A DNA stretch of 55,950 nucleotides from positions 1-55,950 of the forward strand of contig JAXLQJ010000049.1 of NCBI GenBank assembly GCA_046331705.1, in the 5' to 3' direction. How positions within the stretch are numbered: position 1 is the stretch's first letter; every line of letters begins with the position of its first letter. Shown piece after piece: positions 48,919 to 55,950 of the stretch. The stretch comes from a bacterium. GTDB taxonomy: Bacteria > JADJOY01. The notes beneath the pieces are model-generated. The model had not been told where the DNA came from, searched no databases, and was given only the letters and a program-made list of their open reading frames with translations. The translations under genes were made by a program, and so were the position numbers.

Positions 48919-50943
48919 ATGAAACTCCGGCTGGCGTTGCTGACGATTGTCGTCGCGGTCGTTCCGCTGTCCGCGTGGGCAACCCCGCCCACCCGATACG
49001 TGTGTCCCAGCGCGGGCTCGCAAGTCTGCGGTGGCCAGTTCAGCGGCGGTTTCAGCGTGCGAACCTGGATTCTCTACGTTCCCGCCAATCCGGCGCCGTC
49101 GTCACCGCTTCCCACGGTGATCGCGTTGCACGGCGGCTACATGGACGCCGATGCCTTCGAGGACACGGATGTCGGTGTGCGACTGCGTCAGCTCGTGGAG
49201 CAGGAGCGCTTCGTGCTGGCCTTTCCGAACGGACAGCGCGTGAACGTGAGCCCGATCGTCGATCCGGACACGACGCACCTCCACTGGAACGACTGTCGTT
49301 CCGCGAGCGACCATCCGGAAGGGGGCTGGGAGCCCGGCGACAATCAGGCGAACGACGTCGACTTTCTGGGCCTTCTGATCGATCGCCTCGTCGAGAAGGG
49401 CTACGCCCAAGCGGATCGCGTCTACATGATGGGTGCGTCGAACGGGGCGCTGATGACGTACCGTGCCGTGCGGCAGCTGAATCCGGCCTCCGGCACGCCC
49501 AAGATCGCCGCCGCCGCCGCGATCGTCGGCCTCGAGCCCACCAACGGAATCTGTGGCAACGGAGCGGTCCACGAGACCCCGATGCTGATCATGGACGGCA
49601 CCGCCGATCCGGTGATGAATGCCAATGGTGGCTCCATCCATCCGTTTGCGAATCAGAGCATCACACGGGGCACGACACTCAGCCTCGCGAACACGGTTCA
49701 ATCGTGGCTGGACATCGACGGCTGCACGGCATCGCCCTCCGTCCAGACCGTGGACGCGAACGGAAGCGATCAGACCTCGGTGGACATCAAGACCCATTGC
49801 ACGGGTGCGAAGCGGGTTCAGCTCTTCCAAGTGAACGGCGGTGGCCATCGCGTTCCCGATGCCGACGGCACGCTCGACCCCGACGCCAGCAACGGCTACT
49901 TCGGAGTCACCAGCCAGGAGATCGAGGCCGCCGACCAGGTGTGGGCCTTCCTGTCGAACTTCCAGCTCGACCAGCCCCGATCCGATCTCGCGACGTTCCT
50001 GGAGGTCGGAAAGAGCGTGACGCTCACGGGATTCGGCATCACACCCGGCTCGGTGCTCAAGGTCTTCGTTGCGACCAGCACCGGTGTCGTCGACGTGATT
50101 CCCAACGGGCTGGCGGCGAGCTCCACCTCGAATACCCAGTGGACGGGAACGCTCCCGTGGCCGTGGCCGGTCTCCGCGCCGAACGACAAGCTCCTCGGCA
50201 ACGGCTTCGCGTCGCTCCAGCTCATCCGAACCGATCACTCCTACGACGCCTCCAACACCGTGGGTATCCCGCTGATCGGAAACGCCGCGCTCAACCCGAA
50301 GGTGCCGTCGATCACCGGAATCCATCAGCAGCCGCTCGCGGCTACGAGCTGGAGCACCGCGTACCACGCGGCCAACGTCGAGACGGTCGTGCCCGCGGAC
50401 GGCAGCACTTCGGTGACGATCACGGGCGACGGTTTCGTCTCTCCGCTGGTGAACGTCTTCACGGCGAGCGGAAACTGCGGTCCGGTCACGCCCACCTCGT
50501 CCTCGATCAACTCGCTGACCATGGTGGCGGGGAACGGATGTGCCACCGGCGCGGCGAGCTTCCAGGTGGTCAATGCGACGGGGTCGTACCTCCAGAGCAA
50601 CGCCGTAGCCGCGCGAATCCGACAGTCGCTCACCGTGAGCTCGACGGGCATCAGCGGCAACACGATCACCGTCAACGGCAGCGGCTTCAGCGGTGCCTCG
50701 GTGGTGAACTTCTTCGCGACCTGCGGCAACGCGACCTACTGCAGCCCCGTCGGGCAGCCATTCAACTTCGGTGGCCTGGACGGGTCCGGTGCGAAGAAGA
50801 TCGCAACCACCGTGGTCAGCTCGACCCAGCTGACGTTCACGCGGCCCAACGGCGCAGCGGCGGGAAATGCGTCCGTGACCATCGTCGATCCGCCCTATAC
50901 GCCTTGGTTCACCGCCAATGGGCCGACTTTCCAGCTTCCCTGA
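48919..50943 (+). CDS. secreted LpqC/PHB-depolymerase-type esterase with C-terminal Ig/IPT-like domains
   Basis: GAGGAGG RBS; signal peptide; VIALHGG, DVDFL, GASNG, GTADP, GGGH; C-terminal TLTG.G / TITGDGF / TVNGSGF repeats. Confidence 0.85.
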   Translation: MKLRLALLTIVVAVVPLSAWATPPTRYVCPSAGSQVCGGQFSGGFSVRTWILYVPANPAPSSPLPTVIALHGGYMDADAFEDTDVGVRLRQLVEQERFVLAFPNGQRVNVSPIVDPDTTHLHWNDCRSASDHPEGGWEPGDNQANDVDFLGLLIDRLVEKGYAQADRVYMMGASNGALMTYRAVRQLNPASGTPKIAAAAAIVGLEPTNGICGNGAVHETPMLIMDGTADPVMNANGGSIHPFANQSITRGTTLSLANTVQSWLDIDGCTASPSVQTVDANGSDQTSVDIKTHCTGAKRVQLFQVNGGGHRVPDADGTLDPDASNGYFGVTSQEIEAADQVWAFLSNFQLDQPRSDLATFLEVGKSVTLTGFGITPGSVLKVFVATSTGVVDVIPNGLAASSTSNTQWTGTLPWPWPVSAPNDKLLGNGFASLQLIRTDHSYDASNTVGIPLIGNAALNPKVPSITGIHQQPLAATSWSTAYHAANVETVVPADGSTSVTITGDGFVSPLVNVFTASGNCGPVTPTSSSINSLTMVAGNGCATGAASFQVVNATGSYLQSNAVAARIRQSLTVSSTGISGNTITVNGSGFSGASVVNFFATCGNATYCSPVGQPFNFGGLDGSGAKKIATTVVSSTQLTFTRPNGAAAGNASVTIVDPPYTPWFTANGPTFQLP

Positions 50944-51002
50944 GCCGCGCGAGCGGTCGTTGGTCGGTGGAGCCGGGGCGCCCTTGCACGCTCGCTGAAC
51001 GG

Positions 51003-51044
51003 CACGCGATCCCTTTCGCCCGAGGGCGCGAAAGGGATCGCGTG
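51003..51044. repeat. perfect 17-bp inverted repeat
   Basis: CACGCGATCCCTTTCGC-8 nt-GCGAAAGGGATCGCGTG. Confidence 0.9.
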
Positions 51045-51143
51045 TCGTGCCATCCGAGGCCACGAGAGGCTTTGCGCCAGGAAGCGCAGGTGCTGTACGG
51101 TTGCCGCGCCGGGGCGTTTCGACGCTGCGCACTCGAGCGGAAC

Positions 51144-51536
51144 ATGAGCGACGACCGCTTCGACCACGTCTTCATCCAGCCGGGCTCGTTCGAGTCCTCG
51201 CTTGCCTTCTACCGTGACGCGCTCGGCTGGGAGGTGAAGTTCGCCTGGGGAGAGGCCGGCAGGCCACGAGGCGCTTGTCTGAGCTCCGGCGCGATGACGA
51301 TCGTGCTCGCCGAGGACCATCCGGCGGACGACCACTCGAAGTCGTTCGGCATCCACGGCACGCGGCCGACGGTGCATCTGCGCGTGGACGACGTGCACGC
51401 GCGTTACGTCGAGGTCGCGAGATCGGGCGCAGCGCTCTTTCCGCCGCAACCCACGCATTGGGGAACGGTGTGGTTCGTCGCGCGCGACCCGGACGGCAAC
51501 CTGCTCGCGTTCGAACAGCCCGTCGCGGGAGAGTGA
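51144..51536 (+). CDS. VOC/glyoxalase family protein
   Basis: AFYRDALG, L.VDDV, WG...F.ARDPDGN. Confidence 0.88.
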   Translation: MSDDRFDHVFIQPGSFESSLAFYRDALGWEVKFAWGEAGRPRGACLSSGAMTIVLAEDHPADDHSKSFGIHGTRPTVHLRVDDVHARYVEVARSGAALFPPQPTHWGTVWFVARDPDGNLLAFEQPVAGE

Positions 51537-51558
51537 AGTGTCGCGACGTCGGATCGCC

Positions 51559-52785
51559 ATGCCGGCACGGATCGCTGTCGTGGCGCTGGGCGTGCTTCTG
51601 GCGTTGCCTCACGCCGCGCGCGCGGCGACGTGGGTGGTCACGACCACGAGCGATTCGGGCGCGGGCTCGCTTCGCGCGGCGGTGCAGAGCGCGGAGGCGA
51701 GCCCGGATGCCGACACGATCGTGTTCGATCCGAGCCTCGCCGGCGCGACGATCACCCTCTCGACGACGGCAGGCACGGATTTCGGCGGTAGCTCGGCGCT
51801 GGTCATCACCGGTGAGCTCGTGATCGATGGCACCGCCGCGCCGGGTCTCACGATCGAGCCCGCGGAATCGGCGCCGAGCATGCGCTTCCTGATGGTGGAC
51901 GACGGAGCCGCCACGGGAGCCGACGTGACGGTGCGGCGACTGTCGATCCGCCGCTTTTCCGCCACCAGCGCCCCGGTCGGGCTCGCGGTGAGCAGCGCAC
52001 CGAGCGCCGCCGACGGACTCGGTGGGTGCCTCTTGAATCGCGGTGGAATGCTCGCGATCGAAGAGAGCACCATCGGCGGCTGCATGGTCGTGGGCAGCGC
52101 GGGTACCGCGTACGGCGGCGGGATCGCGAACTACGACGGCACGCTCGTGGTGCGACGCTCGGCGATCATCGGCAACGGGATTCTGCCGATCGTCGGCGGC
52201 AGCGGCGGCGCGATCGCGAACCTACAGGTTTCATCGACGGCCGCCACGACGGTGGAGAGCTCGACACTCATCGACAACATGGCCGAGAGCGAGGCTCTCT
52301 ACGATTACGCGGGAACCGTGACCGTCGAGAGCTCGACGCTCATGGCCACGGCAGCTCTGCCGCTGATCGACGCGAGCCCGGGCGCGCTCCTTTCGATGGG
52401 GAGCTCGATTCTGGTGGGCACCTGCGCCGAAGGCGTGACCGTCGAGAGTCTGGGCTACAACGTCGCAGTGCTGCTGGTGCCGGGATCGTGCGGGCTTGCG
52501 GGGATCGGCGATCAGGCGGGAGTCCCCCTCGGCGACCTCGGCATCGTGGGCTGTTACCTCGCTGGCGGACCCACCGTCACGTGCCCGCTCGCGAGCACGA
52601 GTGTGGCCATCGACACCGGCTCGCCCGACTGTCCGGTGCTCGATCAGCGCCGCGTCATTCGTCCCCTCCCGGGTAGCTCGGGCGCGCCCGCGAAGTGCGA
52701 CAGCGGCGCCGTCGAGTACGACGCGCTGCTCATCTTCGGCGACGGCTTCGAGACCGGTGACGCGAACGCGTGGTATCAGGGCTAG
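51559..52785 (+). CDS. secreted beta-helix/choice-of-anchor Q protein with C-terminal IFGDGFETG..W tail
   Basis: VTTTSDSGAGSLRAAV start, GGGI.N repeats, GGPT.T..L...S.AID, DQR...RP.....CD.GA.E. Confidence 0.8.
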   Translation: MPARIAVVALGVLLALPHAARAATWVVTTTSDSGAGSLRAAVQSAEASPDADTIVFDPSLAGATITLSTTAGTDFGGSSALVITGELVIDGTAAPGLTIEPAESAPSMRFLMVDDGAATGADVTVRRLSIRRFSATSAPVGLAVSSAPSAADGLGGCLLNRGGMLAIEESTIGGCMVVGSAGTAYGGGIANYDGTLVVRRSAIIGNGILPIVGGSGGAIANLQVSSTAATTVESSTLIDNMAESEALYDYAGTVTVESSTLMATAALPLIDASPGALLSMGSSILVGTCAEGVTVESLGYNVAVLLVPGSCGLAGIGDQAGVPLGDLGIVGCYLAGGPTVTCPLASTSVAIDTGSPDCPVLDQRRVIRPLPGSSGAPAKCDSGAVEYDALLIFGDGFETGDANAWYQG

Positions 52786-52852
52786 CAGGCTGGGAAACCG
52801 CACTCCCAAGCGAAGCGCAGGCGCGTGAACGCGTTGGCGAGCGCGCCCAGCT

Positions 52853-53734
52853 TCAGGCGGCGCGGCGCGCAGGCGCAACGAGCGGGATCGGCGCTCCGCC
52901 CGCTGCATAGCGAAGCAGCGATTCGTTGAGCCAGCGGCTCGCCGGTGGCAGCTCCGCGAGGTGCGCGCGTCGCTCGCGCAGGCCGTGCCGGATCAAGCGC
53001 GCGGTCTCGCGCTCGGCCGCGCGGTGCAGGCTGCGCACGAGCTTCGCGTCGCTCGCACGCCGCGGATCGCGCGGTACCTCGATCGGCTCGCCGCAATGGA
53101 ACGAAAGCTCCTGCGGGATCGGTAGCGCGCCGACTCCGACGTAGATCGGAGTCAGGTACTTCTCGCCGAGGAGCCGCAGGATGAGTCGGCCGAGCTGGGA
53201 ACGGCGGACCCGATCGCGTGTGAAGAGCTCGCGGTAGATCTCGTCGATGCCGATGATCGCCATGGGCACGATGGGCGCGCCGGCGCGGATCGCCACGCGC
53301 ACGAAGCCGTCGTGACCCTTCCAGAAGAGCTTGTAACGGTCGCTCGCGGGGGCGAGCGCTTCGCGGGCGCCGCCGGGGCACGTGTAGACCAGCTCGCCGC
53401 GGGTGAGGAGCTTGTGCGCGACGCCGGGCGTGCCCTGGCACGAGCCGAAGGGCCGCAAGGCGCGGCGCTGCAGCTCGGTCAGGAACAGCACGCGATCCGA
53501 GAGCGTGCGCAACGTGCGATGGGCGATCTCGTGCACGCCGAGCAAGAGCGGCATCAGCTCGAGCCCGAAGAGCCCGTGATTCGCGACGATGATCATGCCG
53601 TGTTCCGAGCGAAGCCGCTCGAAGCCGAAGAACCGGGGGCGAAAATAGGGCCGGAGCACGCGCGCGGCGGCGAGCGTGCGCGCATAGCCAGTCTCGTCGA
53701 GCTGCCAGTCGAGCGCGTCGGGATCGTAGGGCAT
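52853..53734 (-). CDS. lysophospholipid/DGAT2-like acyltransferase
   Basis: IVANHG, PGGAREAL, GFVRVA..AGAPIVP. Confidence 0.85.
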   Translation of the reverse strand: MPYDPDALDWQLDETGYARTLAAARVLRPYFRPRFFGFERLRSEHGMIIVANHGLFGLELMPLLLGVHEIAHRTLRTLSDRVLFLTELQRRALRPFGSCQGTPGVAHKLLTRGELVYTCPGGAREALAPASDRYKLFWKGHDGFVRVAIRAGAPIVPMAIIGIDEIYRELFTRDRVRRSQLGRLILRLLGEKYLTPIYVGVGALPIPQELSFHCGEPIEVPRDPRRASDAKLVRSLHRAAERETARLIRHGLRERRAHLAELPPASRWLNESLLRYAAGGAPIPLVAPARRAA

Positions 53735-53770
53735 GGCGGATCGACCTCCGAGATCCTGAGTTGGCACGCG

Positions 53771-54673
53771 TCAACCGTCCACGCAAGGCGGCGCGGAGTC
53801 CTTCCCGATCGACGTGGCAGGCAGGTAGCGCCCGGCGAAGCCGTCCCGAGAGACGCCGACGCGCCCCGGCAGGTAGCGCTGGGCGACCGCAACCATTCGT
53901 TCGCGGTAAGCGAGGCTGGTCGAGCCCGGCTCGATCGCCTCCATGGCGGCAGGCAGCAGGGTGGCACGCGTGCGGTGGCCGTCGGGTGTGCCGTCGCCCC
54001 CGATGAAGTGGTCGATGACCACGGCGTCGGCGCACGTCGCGACGCGCGCGAAGAACGCTTCCGGATCGGCGATCGGCAACAGCGGCGAGACGGTGATCAC
54101 CACCGTGATGCCCGCGGCGCGCAGCTCCGCCGCGGCGTCGAAGCGCGCGGCGACCGTGCTCGCGTGCGGCGGCAGGCCGACGATCTGCTCGCGGTCGGTC
54201 TCGATGGAGAGGTGCACGCGCACCTCCGTGCGCCTCGCGAGCTCGCGAACGAGGTCGAGACGATCGACGACGTGGTGCGAGTGAGTCTGGAGAATCAGCG
54301 CGTCCGGGGGCGACTCACCCATCGCCGCGAGCACGGAAGCGGTGATGCCGTACCGGCGCTCTTGCGGGAGAAACGGTTCGGTCGAGCTGGACAAGAAGAT
54401 CGCGAAGCGACCGCGCTTGGCGTGCGCCCAACGCCGCTCGCGATTCGCGCTCGCCCGATAGGCCTCCGCGGCGTTCTCGCGCACCTCGAGGAAGCTCCCC
54501 CACGCTTCGCCGCGCGTCAGCCAGCCGTTGTGCTGCACGTAGCAACCCACGCCGCAAAGCGAGCCGCCGAGGGTGCAGCCGCGGTAGGGCTGAAGCGAAT
54601 GCGAGCACACTTCGCGCAGGAATCCGCTGGTGCGCGTCAGGATCTCGCGCACCCGCGTCGTGGTGACGTGCAT
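53771..54673 (-). CDS. radical SAM protein, SplB/spore photoproduct lyase-like family
   Basis: LQPYRGC...C...CY, SSSTEPF.PQE..Y.IT, SIETD, R......L..AGI, VSPLLP. Confidence 0.8.
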   Translation of the reverse strand: MHVTTTRVREILTRTSGFLREVCSHSLQPYRGCTLGGSLCGVGCYVQHNGWLTRGEAWGSFLEVRENAAEAYRASANRERRWAHAKRGRFAIFLSSSTEPFLPQERRYGITASVLAAMGESPPDALILQTHSHHVVDRLDLVRELARRTEVRVHLSIETDREQIVGLPPHASTVAARFDAAAELRAAGITVVITVSPLLPIADPEAFFARVATCADAVVIDHFIGGDGTPDGHRTRATLLPAAMEAIEPGSTSLAYRERMVAVAQRYLPGRVGVSRDGFAGRYLPATSIGKDSAPPCVDG

Positions 54674-54756
54674 GCGACGAGCGTAATCGGGGGCCGCAAC
54701 GGCGACGCTTGCGCGACCGCCCGAGCCCGCCGAGAGTGTCGGAAACGGAGGAATCC

Positions 54757-55038
54757 ATGTGCCGCAACATCCGCCCGCTCTTCAACTTCCAGCCGCCCGC
54801 GACGGATGAGGAGATCGCTGCCGCGTCGCTTCAGTTCGTGCGGAAGGTGAGCGGATTCACCAAGCCGTCGAAGACGAATCAGCTCGCGTTCGACCGCGCG
54901 GTCGCCGAGGTGAGCGCCGCGGCGCGCACGCTCGTGGACTCGCTCGTGACGGCCGCGCCGCCGCTCGACCGTGAGGTCGAGCGAGCGAAGGCCAAGGCGC
55001 GCTCGGCGAAACGCTTCGGCGCCGCGAGCGGCGCTTGA
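54757..55038 (+). CDS. DUF2277 family protein
   Basis: MCRNIRPLFNFQPPATDEEI.AA.LQFVRK.SG; GGAGG RBS. Confidence 0.9.
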   Translation: MCRNIRPLFNFQPPATDEEIAAASLQFVRKVSGFTKPSKTNQLAFDRAVAEVSAAARTLVDSLVTAAPPLDREVERAKAKARSAKRFGAASGA

Positions 55039-55189
55039 CGCGCCCCTCCCGCGAGGGCCGGAACCGCTCGTGATCGCCTCGCGCGTCGAGCTTCGCTGCG
55101 ACGTGTTGGAGGGACGCGCTTCGTCGCGTCCGCCGACGTGTCGCTCGGCTGCGAGGGACCGCAGCCCTCCCAACGCGCTACCGAGACGC

Positions 55190-55636
55190 CTACGCCGGGC
55201 GCAGGATCACGATGGGGATCTCGCGGGTCGTCCCCTTCTTGTAGTCGACGTAGCCGGGGTACATCGCCTCGAGGCGGGGCCACAGTGCGGCGGCTTCCTC
55301 GGGGGTCGCGTCGGCGGCCTTCATCGCGAACGATTTGCGGCCGTGGCGAACCGTCGCGTCCGGCTTGTTCTTCAGGTTGAGCCACCACGCGGGCGGCTTG
55401 TCCGAGCCGGCGTTCGAGGCCACCACCACGAAGCGCTCGCCGTCGCGCATCGAGAGCAGCGGCGTGGTGCGCAGCTCGCCCGATTTGCGGCCCGTGGTGG
55501 TGAGCAGGATCATCGGGATGCCGCCGAGATTCGCGCCGATCCAGCCGCCGCTTCGGGTGTAGATCCAGCGATGGAGCTTGGTGATGAAGGCGAGCTGGCC
55601 GCGGTTTCGCGGGCGGAAGAGCTGCATCAGGCTCAT
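55190..55636 (-). CDS. deazaflavin (F420)-dependent nitroreductase (Ddn family)
   Basis: LLTTTGRKSGE.RTTPL, VVASNAG...PAWW.NL, Y...T.REIP. Confidence 0.9.
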   Translation of the reverse strand: MSLMQLFRPRNRGQLAFITKLHRWIYTRSGGWIGANLGGIPMILLTTTGRKSGELRTTPLLSMRDGERFVVVASNAGSDKPPAWWLNLKNKPDATVRHGRKSFAMKAADATPEEAAALWPRLEAMYPGYVDYKKGTTREIPIVILRPA

Positions 55637-55950
55637 GCGAGCACCTGGGTGAGCAGTCGCTCACGGTGGAAGATCGGGTCGCCGAAGAGCATCTCGCCCA
55701 GCTTCGCGCGCTTGAAGTAGAGGTGCAGGTCGTGCTCCCAGGTGAAGCCGATGCCGCCGTGAACCTGGATCGCATCACCGGAGCACTTGCGAAACGCCTC
55801 CGACGCGTACGCCTTGGCGATGCTCGCTGCCGCGGATGCGTCGGAGGCGCCGTTGTCGATCGCCCAGGAGGCGTAATACGCCGCGGAGCGAGCACTCTCG
55901 ACCAACAGCATCATGTCCGCGCATTTGTGCTTGATGGCCTGGAAGCTACC
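55633..55950 (-). CDS. acyl-CoA dehydrogenase, C-terminal part (runs off the window)
   Basis: GSFQAIKHKCADM, IQVHGGIGFTWEHDLHLYFKRA. Confidence 0.92.
   Translation of the reverse strand, partial: GSFQAIKHKCADMMLLVESARSAAYYASWAIDNGASDASAAASIAKAYASEAFRKCSGDAIQVHGGIGFTWEHDLHLYFKRAKLGEMLFGDPIFHRERLLTQVLA

Noticed and set aside
48726-51143. 936-aa ORF as one protein
   Set aside because: Only the last 130 aa (VOC domain from ATG 51144) look real; the rest overlaps the esterase in another frame

Overview
High-GC (roughly 70% by eye) chromosomal window from a diderm bacterium, with about 43 genes. I saw no rRNA, tRNA, CRISPR array or transposase. Modules in order: (1) N-terminal-GNAT acyl-CoA-synthetase-like protein and a PhoD-like phosphatase. 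(2) A surface-protein locus: one decayed and three intact secreted 7-repeat 'EFQVNTYT' proteins surrounding an AlkP-superfamily/TPR lipoprotein and a DUF2723 (TMEM260-like) membrane glycosyltransferase. The repeat proteins share a short C-terminal F-x-[DE]-[DG]-F-[DE]-x-G-x4-W tail with an unrelated secreted protein. (3) A CHASE2 adenylate cyclase plus a FecR-TPR-beta-barrel protein (CyaK/NsrA-like). (4) A CASTOR/POLLUX-like channel, Dus, GST, a deazaflavin-dependent nitroreductase, YciI, and lsrF with a Zn dehydrogenase. (5) mprF flanked by two AcvB/VirJ genes, one fused to a PIG-L deacetylase. (6) modA-porin-modB-modC divergent from an HTH_17-PBP regulator, with phased direct repeats between them. 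(7) Secreted esterases, a propeller lipoprotein and a choice-of-anchor-Q protein. (8) An acyltransferase, a radical SAM protein with atypical Cys spacing, DUF2277, a second nitroreductase and an acyl-CoA dehydrogenase end. The best candidates for an undescribed system are module 2 (putative protein glycosylation/sorting locus) and module 5. All family calls come from motif recognition by eye, not database searches, and many starts were moved from the ORF track to more plausible codons.
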